From Armatimonadota bacterium (GTDB lineage: Bacteria > Armatimonadota > UBA5829 > DSUL01): DNA of 64,000 bases. The stretch is taken from contig JBDHZC010000001.1 in assembly GCA_039811685.1 (NCBI GenBank), positions 32,001 to 96,000 on the forward strand, read 5' to 3'. Position 1 is the first letter of the stretch, and every line of letters starts with the position of its first letter. The translations under genes and the position numbers were made by a program. This document shows positions 10,030-18,852 of the stretch, piece after piece. The notes under the pieces are model-generated. The model ran no database searches. It saw only the letters and a program-made list of their open reading frames with translations, and was not told where the DNA came from.

Positions 10030-11166
10030 GTGCCTCATCTTGAAGGAGCTTTTCAACTGGCGAGTTCCCCATCAACAGAAACTGTCTCATTTCAGGAAAG
10101 CCTGGCGGACTTCCGGTTGGAGTTCGACCTGTGGCTTCCCCGCTTCCTGCGCACCCGCCTGGAGCCTGTCCTGCGACTGCATCCGGATCTGAGTTCCTTT
10201 CTCGAGAGTCTGCTGGAGTTTGCGGCGCGATCCGGAAAGCGGTTGAGACCGTTTCTTGTGTATTCCGGATTTCGGTCTGTGGCCGGAGCGCACGTTGTGG
10301 GCACTGCCGAGGGTGTTTTGCCGCTGGCCGCGGCCGCAGAAATGCTCCACGTGTTTGCGCTCGCTCACGATGACGTGATGGACCAATCGGAATTGCGCAG
10401 AGGAATGCCGACCCTGCATTGCGCGTGGGCAAGACAGCACGAGGCCCAGTCCTGGCGCGGTGACCCCAACCAGTTCGGGGCCAGCGTAGCTATTCTCCTC
10501 GGAGACCTGGCGCTCGTTCTCGCAGACGCATGCCTGGAAGAGACAGCAGTACTGGATCGCTACGTCCGTGCGGCCCGCTCCGTCTGGCAGACTATGCGCG
10601 AAGAGGTGATCGAGGGACAGATTCTGGATGTAGCAGCCTCTCAACTTGGGACACCAGCGTCAGAAGACCAGATACGGACCATTCTAAGCCTGAAGTCAGG
10701 CAAGTACACGATGGAGCGCCCGTTGCATCTCGGGGCATCGGCTGCAGGCGCGAACGCGGGTCTTCTGGAAGTCTTTACGCGCTTTGGAGTGCCGCTTGGG
10801 CAGGCGTTTCAGATACAGGACGATATTCTGGATCTCTTTGGGGATCCGCAAATCACCGGCAAGCCCGCTGCGGCTGATCTGAAAGAAGGTAAGTCCACAC
10901 TCCTGGTCTCCCACGCTTACGAAAACTCCTCAGTTCAGGACAGGCAGACCCTGATGGACGCCTGGGGAAATCCCCAGGCGACTGTCCCGCAAGTTGTTGC
11001 TGCCAGAGAAGTCATTGAGCGCAGTGGCGCCCTGGACTATGCTTGTTCGCAAGCGCAGGCGTTTGCCGACGAGGCTCGTTCGGTTATTAGCGTCGCGCCA
11101 GTCCCAGAGGAGTCACGTGCAATCCTGCTGGGCTTGACGAGCTTCGTACTGGATCGGCAGACCTGA
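10030..11166 (+). CDS. Polyprenyl diphosphate (GGPP-type) synthase
   Basis: 'GKRLRP', FARM 'HDDVMD...RRG', SARM 'FQIQDDILD'. Confidence 0.93.
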   Translation: MPHLEGAFQLASSPSTETVSFQESLADFRLEFDLWLPRFLRTRLEPVLRLHPDLSSFLESLLEFAARSGKRLRPFLVYSGFRSVAGAHVVGTAEGVLPLAAAAEMLHVFALAHDDVMDQSELRRGMPTLHCAWARQHEAQSWRGDPNQFGASVAILLGDLALVLADACLEETAVLDRYVRAARSVWQTMREEVIEGQILDVAASQLGTPASEDQIRTILSLKSGKYTMERPLHLGASAAGANAGLLEVFTRFGVPLGQAFQIQDDILDLFGDPQITGKPAAADLKEGKSTLLVSHAYENSSVQDRQTLMDAWGNPQATVPQVVAAREVIERSGALDYACSQAQAFADEARSVISVAPVPEESRAILLGLTSFVLDRQT

Positions 11167-11312
11167 TCTGAGCCACCTCTGTTTCCTGATTTTTCCCGCA
11201 ACCCCGTAATTGGCACAGGATTTGCACTCCCCTAAGTGAGTCTCGCACGTCGAAAGCCGGGCGCTCTGAGAAAGCCTTGCGCGACGTCGGGAGAGTGAGG
11301 GGGACAGATCTT

Positions 11313-11792
11313 ATGCTGGGAACTAAGATCCTGCGCCGTATTACCGGCGTGTTCGTATTTGGGTTAATGGCGGCCAACTGCGCCAGGGCCGTTCCTGTCT
11401 TTTCGTACTACAACGACACGCCTGATCCGACAATCTACAAATATCTCATCTTCAATCCTGTCAGTTCATTTGAAGTGTCGCATGTTGAGATGCAGGCGGC
11501 TGGCGCCACGGCTATCTCATCGCCTGCGGGCTGGACGGGTACGCTTGCCGGCGGTATCGCGACCTGGCAGACCATTCTTGGCGCCTCTCCTATCGGACCC
11601 GGCGAAGAGATCACCGGTTTTGAGCTCGTTGGTAGCGCTGCTAAGACGATTCAGTCCTACAAAATCAGTGGACCTCAGTTTGAGCACGAAGACGTCGTGA
11701 TCGTGCCCGTGCCAGAACCGGGGTCTCTACTTGCGATTGGCAGTGGATTGATAGGACTGATCGGCCTGATGGCCCGGCGAAGGTACGCGTAA
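11313..11792 (+). CDS. PEP-CTERM sorting domain protein
   Basis: Signal peptide; C-terminal 'VPEPGS' + TM helix + 'RRR'; ATG 11313 chosen for its upstream GAGGGG. Confidence 0.9.
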   Translation: MLGTKILRRITGVFVFGLMAANCARAVPVFSYYNDTPDPTIYKYLIFNPVSSFEVSHVEMQAAGATAISSPAGWTGTLAGGIATWQTILGASPIGPGEEITGFELVGSAAKTIQSYKISGPQFEHEDVVIVPVPEPGSLLAIGSGLIGLIGLMARRRYA

Positions 11793-11811
11793 CACAAGCT
11801 CTCGGTCACTG

Positions 11812-11850
11812 GTCGCGCGGCTCTTCAGCCTGCCTCTGGAGCAGCGCGAC
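11812..11850 (+). terminator. Possible terminator hairpin
   Basis: GTCGCGC-G-GCTC...GAGC-A-GCGCGAC after the stop; no clear U-tract. Confidence 0.35.
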
Positions 11851-12066
11851 TATACCCTGCGATCACACGCAATTTACTTCGAGACCATGCTTTTTGTATA
11901 GGAGTGAAGGGCGCTCCTGTGCTGTTTGCGCGCTGGCCCAAAATTGACTCCAGCGCTCCTTGCGCCATACTTGAGCGTGGTATAATGAAGCAGGGAGCTC
12001 CACAAAAGCAGCGCGCACACCTGGCAATGAATCACCGCGCGCACTGCGAAGCGGAAGCTCCAGGAG

Positions 12067-15000
12067 TTGTTGACTGTTTCTATGCTGAAGCTACGCACAG
12101 AGATTCTGGCCCTGTGCCTGCTGATGTCGTGTTTGCCTGTCTCTGGAACCCCGAACAATCCGTACGGCGCGCACACGTTCATCCAGGATATCATGTCCCC
12201 GCAGTTGATCAACCGGCAAGTGGACTGGACGCGGACGCTTACTGGTCCCGGCGGCTACGCAAAGCAGCTCTTTTATCCCATCACTAACGCGACGGTGGTC
12301 AACCCGTCATGGCAGCAGTATGTTCAGGCCTGCTACGACCGCGACCTCATTCCCGTCATTCGCATCGCCACCACCATGGAGAACGGAATCTGGCAGAAGC
12401 CAGTCGCAGACAGTCCCGGTAACTATGCGACCTTTGCCAACACTGTAAAGAACATCGTAGCCGCGTTTCCGAAGCGCGAAGGCTGGCCGCTCTATATCGA
12501 AGTTCTCAACGAGCCAAACAACAACTACGAGTGGTCTGGCGCTGCCAACCCGGTTGAATACGGTCAGTGTCTCGTACAGGTAGCCGCCGCGTTGCACTCT
12601 CTCGCAGACCCACGGATCAAAGTCGTGAACGCCGGGTTGTCGCCCGGTGGCTCGTATGACAATCTGGCGTACATCCAGCAGATGTGTGTGAATGTACCCG
12701 GCTTTCTGACGTCTTTCGATGCATGGGCGACTCATCCATATCCGGATCGCCCGCCCGAGTTCAATTTCCACAATGGGCTGGCGCCCGTGTGGTCGTATCC
12801 GATAGACAGCTATGTTGCGGAACTGAATGTGCTGGCCAATTATGGGTGCACGGGTATTCAGGTCATTGCGACAGAGGGTGGGTACACAGGAGGGTCTGAA
12901 GACGGCCGGGCGGATCAGATGATGCGCGCTTTTCGGGACTGCTACAGCCAGTGGCCCGAAGTTCTCGCCGTCTGTCCGTGGCAGCTCAGCAATCCTCTCT
13001 CAGATGACCCGGGTTCGGACTGGGTTTATCGAGACAGCACCGGAGCCTATCCTTCGCACACTCACAAAATCTACGACTCCGTCTACAAGCTGGCAAAGCC
13101 AGGCATGGCCACCGGGACGATTTCCGGGACGGTCCGTGAGAGTCAGTTTGCCAATCCGCTCGCGAATGTCACGGTCACACTACAGCCAGGAAACCTTGCG
13201 CAGGTTACGGACTCTGCCGGAAGCTATATCTTTCCAGGCCTTGCACCTGGAACCTACACCGTCACGGCCTCGAAGGCCAACTATTCTCAGCAGACCCAGC
13301 CAGGTCTCAGTGTGACTGCTCAGGTCAACACAGTCCAGAACTTCTCATTGAGCGCCACTGCAGTTGGAGAAATCCAGGGAATGATTTGTGACAGCCTGTC
13401 TGGACACCCCATTGGTGGCGCGCTGGTAAACGCTTCTCCAGGCGGCTATACCACGACGACGGCCAATGATGGCTCCTACGCTTTCACAGGTTTGAATCCC
13501 GCAACCTACACTCTATCATCCTCCATGCCCGGGTACTACAGTCACATTGCCGTTCCTGTCGCGCTCGATGCGGGCGAGTCGCGCAATGTGAACTGGTGGA
13601 TGGGGCCAGGGCAAACGCCTGGCAGCCCAAATCTGCTTAACGGTTATGATTTTGAGTCGCCAGTGTCTGGGAGTACCCCAGACGGCTGGTCAACCCGGGA
13701 TGGACAGGCGCATCCTGAAATCTTTGCCATTGACTCAAGTGTGCGCTACAACGGTGTCTCAAGCGTTCGTCTTATCGTCAACGGCTCCCAGCAGGACGAG
13801 ATGTGGCAGATGACCAACTACCACTCTATGATTCCGGGCCGACGCTACCGGATTGAAGGCTGGGTAAAGACTCAAAATCCGAGTGGTAGCGTCAAGCTCA
13901 TCGGAAATTTCTTCAACGATGACACGACGTCCGTCAAAGGCAGCTTCACCTGCTCGCCTGTGTTGACCACAACCAGCGGCTGGACCAGACTGGTTGGCTA
14001 CGGGACAGCGCCGAGCTTCCTGCCCAATTCCGGAGGGCGGCTGCAAGTTGTCCTCAAGAGCACGACAAACTCTGGCACAGTGTGGGCAGACAACTTCTGG
14101 GCTGGCGAAGACACGACGGGTCAGAGCCCTCTTGCGTGCCCAACGAACCTGACTGCGATTGTCAGCTCTTCGTCCAGATATGCCAGCCTCTGGTGGCAGC
14201 ATGGTGTGAGTCCGGGTACTACCGGAACTACAATCGTATTCCGCACAGACCGCTACCCGCAGACCGTCAATGATGGAACAGTTGTTGCGGATAAGGCCGG
14301 GTCACCCGGGACCGCCGGAAGTGCACAGCACACAAATCTGGTGTACGGAACACGGTACTACTATGCGGCCTTCTCACACGGTGCAGCCGGAGCCAATCCC
14401 AGCCAGCCTGTGTTTTGCTCAGCAGTTCTGTCAGACGTCACCCCGCCAGCGCCACCTTCCAGCGTAACTGATGAAGGACTCTACACCACCAGTCTAAATA
14501 CGCTGTCAGCGACCTGGAGGGCAGCATCTGATCCGGAATCTGGAGTTGTAGAGTACCGCTATCGAATTGGCGTCACGCAGGGAGGCGCAGAAGTCTCGGA
14601 CTGGACCAGCGTCTCAACAGCAACCAGTATGCACCGAAGCGGACTGAGCTTGATTCCGGGACAGACGTATTTCATCACGGTACAGGCGCGCAACGGCGCC
14701 GGTCTGTGGAGCAGTTCTGCGTTTTCAGACGGCATTCTGGCTGTGAAGGAGTGTAGCTCGATAGGAGAAGCCAAGCTGCTGGCAGACGGTGCTGCGGTGA
14801 TAATTTCGGATGTTGCCGCAACGACTTCTTCGGGATTCTCCACTTCTGCCTTTTATATCGAACAGCCAGACCGATCTGCCGGCATCCGTGTTCAGCACTC
14901 CGGTGATCTTGCGGTTGCTGTCGGCGACCGTCTGACCCTGGTAGCTAAGCTCTCCACAGTCCAATCTGAACGAACTCTGACTCTCGTAGACTTGCCTCAG

Positions 15001-15309
15001 CGGGCCGCTGGGCAACCGATTCGTCCGCTGCACGCAAGTAACGCTGCCGTGAGAAAGGCCAGTCTGCCTGACCCTGTTGGCTTGCTGTTCGGCGTGTGGG
15101 GTCGAGTGACTTCGGTTGGCGGCGACAGTTTTGTAATTACAGACGGCGCGCACTCCGGATTGCACGTTGACGCCAGCCGTCTTCCCACCCTGCCTGCTTC
15201 TGGATCCTACGTCTTTGTCACCGGCGTTCTTTCGGTGGAGCCGGGCGCCGAATACGTCAATAATATCCTATGTCCCCGTGATAGCGGAGACCTGTCTAGT
15301 CTGGAGTAA
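12067..15309 (+). CDS. Secreted multidomain protein: clan GH-A-like glycoside hydrolase, two carboxypeptidase-regulatory-like domains, CBM-like, FN3, C-terminal tandem OB-like module (start may be 12082)
   Basis: Signal peptide, 'EVLNEPN' and 'ATEGG' catalytic-like Glu motifs, 'DPESGVVEY' FN3, C-terminal 'DRSAGIRV' and 'GLLFGVWGRV'. Confidence 0.8.
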   Translation: MLTVSMLKLRTEILALCLLMSCLPVSGTPNNPYGAHTFIQDIMSPQLINRQVDWTRTLTGPGGYAKQLFYPITNATVVNPSWQQYVQACYDRDLIPVIRIATTMENGIWQKPVADSPGNYATFANTVKNIVAAFPKREGWPLYIEVLNEPNNNYEWSGAANPVEYGQCLVQVAAALHSLADPRIKVVNAGLSPGGSYDNLAYIQQMCVNVPGFLTSFDAWATHPYPDRPPEFNFHNGLAPVWSYPIDSYVAELNVLANYGCTGIQVIATEGGYTGGSEDGRADQMMRAFRDCYSQWPEVLAVCPWQLSNPLSDDPGSDWVYRDSTGAYPSHTHKIYDSVYKLAKPGMATGTISGTVRESQFANPLANVTVTLQPGNLAQVTDSAGSYIFPGLAPGTYTVTASKANYSQQTQPGLSVTAQVNTVQNFSLSATAVGEIQGMICDSLSGHPIGGALVNASPGGYTTTTANDGSYAFTGLNPATYTLSSSMPGYYSHIAVPVALDAGESRNVNWWMGPGQTPGSPNLLNGYDFESPVSGSTPDGWSTRDGQAHPEIFAIDSSVRYNGVSSVRLIVNGSQQDEMWQMTNYHSMIPGRRYRIEGWVKTQNPSGSVKLIGNFFNDDTTSVKGSFTCSPVLTTTSGWTRLVGYGTAPSFLPNSGGRLQVVLKSTTNSGTVWADNFWAGEDTTGQSPLACPTNLTAIVSSSSRYASLWWQHGVSPGTTGTTIVFRTDRYPQTVNDGTVVADKAGSPGTAGSAQHTNLVYGTRYYYAAFSHGAAGANPSQPVFCSAVLSDVTPPAPPSSVTDEGLYTTSLNTLSATWRAASDPESGVVEYRYRIGVTQGGAEVSDWTSVSTATSMHRSGLSLIPGQTYFITVQARNGAGLWSSSAFSDGILAVKECSSIGEAKLLADGAAVIISDVAATTSSGFSTSAFYIEQPDRSAGIRVQHSGDLAVAVGDRLTLVAKLSTVQSERTLTLVDLPQRAAGQPIRPLHASNAAVRKASLPDPVGLLFGVWGRVTSVGGDSFVITDGAHSGLHVDASRLPTLPASGSYVFVTGVLSVEPGAEYVNNILCPRDSGDLSSLE

Positions 15310-15313
15310 GTAT

Positions 15314-18300
15314 ATGCTCACGAAGAAAATGAACATGGCGCTTCTGGTAGGCTTCCTGTGGGTCGCCTGCCTGACAGTGTTGTCATGTATGCCTGCTCAT
15401 GCGGTAGGACGCTACAATCTAGCTTTCTGGCGGGAAGTTGGCTACTACGAAAATGCTGATCCTTTCGGAAACCACAGTATTTTTGTCTGGGTGTGGGATG
15501 AGCAGGGCAATCCGATGCAGGGTGTCAAGCTGTACACAACGTGGAATGTGTTGCTTGCGACTACAGATGCAGACGGTCGGGCAGAGGTCGTCATTGACGC
15601 TAACAATTCCGCTTACGACATGAAATGTGTGGATATCGCAGGCTCTGAAAGCGACGTCGCGCCCACTATGACCAGTCACCGGTGGCCAAACTACGGTCAT
15701 TATTCCTACGAACTCGGGTTCATGTTCAAGGCGGACAAGACCAATCCCGGTTCCTACGATACGAGTATGAACGGCACTGTCAACCTTGCCGACGGCAATG
15801 AGACTGATATTCCGTTTACAAAGAGCCTCGCGTACTACTCCAACAACGCCGCAAACTGGCAGAGCGATCAGTTTGCGCTTAGCTCGTGGGTGGACAGCCA
15901 TGGGCAAAGCTTTGTCGCCACTGGCGATCGCATTACCGCTGTCCAGTTTCACGGCGCGATTGGAAACAACTATTTCTTGAGCTGGACTGCGGAAATCCTG
16001 GAGGGAGGGCCGAATGGTCCGCGAATTGCTGGCCCCAGAAGCATTCCCTATCGTCAACCGATTCTCTGGGTGCTTCCCTTCGGAGTAAACGAAGCGCCTG
16101 TTCAGCCTGGACACACCTACTATCTGAAGATTACTCACCCAGGCGGGCTCAACACTTATACGACAGGCAACAACTATGCCCAGGGCAACTACTTTCTGAA
16201 TGGAGTCTCTCAACCTGCCAAGGACCTGCAGGGATTTGTGCTTTGCATGACGTACGGATCCACCCAGTTCGGAACTGTGAAAGGGACCGTTACCGGAAGC
16301 TCCAATCCCCTTGAAGGAGCGACCGTTACACTGAATCCAGGCAATCTTACCCAGGAGACACAGCCCGATGGCTCCTATCAGTTCTCAAACGTCGCTCCGG
16401 GTAGCTACACTGTGTCTGCGTGGCGGCCTGGCTTCTCCAGCAGCGCCGCGATTCCTGTGACTGTCTCCGCTAACAACATCTCAACGGTCGATATTTCTCT
16501 GACAGCTCTGACAAACCTGCTCATCAACGGCGGCTTCGAGACCGGAGCGGCCAACGCAGCAGTGCCTTCGCCCTGGATACCTTTCGGGAGCGGACTGAAT
16601 ATCTACAACAACATGGGCTGGGCTATTCCTTCTCACTCGGGTGCAAAGTACGCTGGCGCCGTGACAAGCTATGGCGTAATGAATGGCGGCGCGTATCAGA
16701 CTGTCGCGGTCACGCCTGGAACGCAGTACCTCGCTTCCGGGTATGTGTTCAATGACAGTTGGGACGGAGAGGGGCGCGCTCGGGAGTTCCCCGGCAACGT
16801 CAAAGGGCGAATCGGAATTGATCCCGCAGGTGGAACAAACCCATCGGCGTTTTCGGTGGTCTGGAGTCCGTGGAATGAGTCTTTCAACCGCTGGGGAGTC
16901 TCTTCTATTGCCGCTACAGCGTCCTCTACAGCGGTCACTGTGTTTCTCCAGTACACAATGACGCAAAGCGAGCAATGGAACAAAGCGGCCTTTGACGATA
17001 TCTTTCTGACGTCAAACGCTGTCTCGCCCTCCATTTCCATCACTTCGGGGCCGTCAGTCTCTGGCATCAGCTCTTCGCAGGCCACGATTTCCTGGACGAC
17101 AAATGTCGCCTCAAGCAGCGTTGTAGAGTACGGAACAACCGTGGCTTACGGACAGAGCGGCTCGTCTCCGGGAGATACTACCTCGCACAGCGTAACGCTT
17201 ACAGGTCTGCAGGCCAATGCGCCCTATCACTTCCGTGTCCGATCGGAAAAGACTGGCTATACGTCGGCGCTGTCTGCGGATAGTACGTTCCAGACTGCGG
17301 CCGGTCCGGTCGTACACATCACTTCGGGGCCTACCGTAGCCAGTATTACAACCAACTCGGCAACGGTTAACTGGACCACTGATGTACCTTCGACCTCACA
17401 GGTCAACTACGGCCTGACGGCCTCTTACGGCCAGTCGCGCACTGTCGGCGGTCTTGTGACGTCTCATTCTGTTCCTGTCACTGGATTGCAGAGCGGCTTG
17501 ACGTACCATTTTCAGGTTGTGTCCGGCGCATCTGGCTATACGGATGCCACGTCCAGCGACACCACTTTCACAACTGATCTGCCGGTTGGCGTGGTGCAGA
17601 ATCCAGGTTTTGAGGCTCAGGATGCGTATTGGACGCGCTACGGTCAGTTTGACGATGCTGGAGACAACGGTATTCAGACGACCGGTTGGTACCAGGGCTT
17701 CAATCCGCATGGCGGGGTAAACTACGCTGGAAGCGCGGCCAGCTACGGGACGAAGAATGGCGGTTTCTACCAGCGTGTGCGCGCGCAGGCCGGCGTATTC
17801 TACAAAGCCGCAGTCTGGTCGAAAACGCTCAATATTGGTGGCTCTGCGGCGGATACCAACAATCGTATCGGTATCGATCCGACCGGCGGGACGAATCCAA
17901 GTTCGACTTCCGTTGTCTGGTCTAATCGCAGCTCACCGGCCACCTGGACGCAGATTGCAGCAGCCGCAGTCGCATCAGGAGATTGGGTCACCATTTTTCT
18001 GGATGCGCAGCAGCTCTTCGCCGTGCAGTGGAACATCAATGCCTTTGACGACGTAACGCTCACAGCGCTTCCAGGCGGAGGTGTCGCTCAAGTCAAGGCG
18101 CTTGCGGATGGCACTGAAGCCGGCCTTGTTTCCGGAGTTGTGAGTGGGAGCTGGTTCGGCACATACTACGTCCAGAACACAGATCGCTCGAGCGGCATTC
18201 GAGTCAACGCCTCAGGTGCGGGTCCTGCCGTTGGGACTCTTGTTCAGGTCTGGGGCACACTGAGCACGACGTCAGGCGAACGTACGCTCATGGAAGGCGG

Positions 18301-18667
18301 ACGCGCCTCCACTGGCTCCACAACTGCACCTGTGCCGCTTGGAATAGCTCTTACACGGCTGGGCGGTCAGGACTGGCAGTACGTTGTGTCCAATGGCGCC
18401 GGTCAAAGAGGTGTCGATGGTGGCATCGGCTTGAACAACACGGGCCTGCTGGTGCGTGTCTGGGGGACTGTGGTCGGGCAGGAGAGTGGTTATCTGCTGT
18501 TGTCAGACGGCTCTCCACAGCCTGTGCGCATTGATACCTCGCGCCTGAGCTCTCCTCCTGCGCAAGGGGCTTTTACAGGCTTCGTAGGCCTGTCGAGCGT
18601 AGAGCTGATTAACGGGCAGTACGTACCCGTTGTGCGTCCACGCTCTGCGGCTGATCAAGCGCCGTAA
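15314..18667 (+). CDS. Secreted multidomain protein with duplicated FN3-like and CBM-like domains and C-terminal tandem OB-like module
   Basis: ATG 4 nt after the upstream stop, signal peptide, repeats 'ITSGP..WTT' x2 and 'RIGIDPxGGTNPS' x2. Confidence 0.82.
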   Translation: MLTKKMNMALLVGFLWVACLTVLSCMPAHAVGRYNLAFWREVGYYENADPFGNHSIFVWVWDEQGNPMQGVKLYTTWNVLLATTDADGRAEVVIDANNSAYDMKCVDIAGSESDVAPTMTSHRWPNYGHYSYELGFMFKADKTNPGSYDTSMNGTVNLADGNETDIPFTKSLAYYSNNAANWQSDQFALSSWVDSHGQSFVATGDRITAVQFHGAIGNNYFLSWTAEILEGGPNGPRIAGPRSIPYRQPILWVLPFGVNEAPVQPGHTYYLKITHPGGLNTYTTGNNYAQGNYFLNGVSQPAKDLQGFVLCMTYGSTQFGTVKGTVTGSSNPLEGATVTLNPGNLTQETQPDGSYQFSNVAPGSYTVSAWRPGFSSSAAIPVTVSANNISTVDISLTALTNLLINGGFETGAANAAVPSPWIPFGSGLNIYNNMGWAIPSHSGAKYAGAVTSYGVMNGGAYQTVAVTPGTQYLASGYVFNDSWDGEGRAREFPGNVKGRIGIDPAGGTNPSAFSVVWSPWNESFNRWGVSSIAATASSTAVTVFLQYTMTQSEQWNKAAFDDIFLTSNAVSPSISITSGPSVSGISSSQATISWTTNVASSSVVEYGTTVAYGQSGSSPGDTTSHSVTLTGLQANAPYHFRVRSEKTGYTSALSADSTFQTAAGPVVHITSGPTVASITTNSATVNWTTDVPSTSQVNYGLTASYGQSRTVGGLVTSHSVPVTGLQSGLTYHFQVVSGASGYTDATSSDTTFTTDLPVGVVQNPGFEAQDAYWTRYGQFDDAGDNGIQTTGWYQGFNPHGGVNYAGSAASYGTKNGGFYQRVRAQAGVFYKAAVWSKTLNIGGSAADTNNRIGIDPTGGTNPSSTSVVWSNRSSPATWTQIAAAAVASGDWVTIFLDAQQLFAVQWNINAFDDVTLTALPGGGVAQVKALADGTEAGLVSGVVSGSWFGTYYVQNTDRSSGIRVNASGAGPAVGTLVQVWGTLSTTSGERTLMEGGRASTGSTTAPVPLGIALTRLGGQDWQYVVSNGAGQRGVDGGIGLNNTGLLVRVWGTVVGQESGYLLLSDGSPQPVRIDTSRLSSPPAQGAFTGFVGLSSVELINGQYVPVVRPRSAADQAP

Positions 18668-18679
18668 GATCACTGTCAT

Positions 18680-18758
18680 AGCGCCCGGTTTGCGAGTCAT
18701 CTCTTGCGTTAACTCTGGTGAGTATCGGAGTCCAAATGCAGAGGCGCAACCGGGCGCT
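18680..18758. repeat. Long imperfect inverted repeat between convergent genes (possible terminator)
   Basis: AGCGCCCGGTT(T)GCG...CGCAACCGGGCGCT with inner stems. Confidence 0.55.
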
Positions 18759-18852
18759 TATTCCCACTTCTTTTCCAGAAACGGGACCTGCGGTGAGAGG
18801 CAGACCTGTGGCTTTGTCCTGTCAATGCCTCGCGCTCGATGCTCATTCCGGT

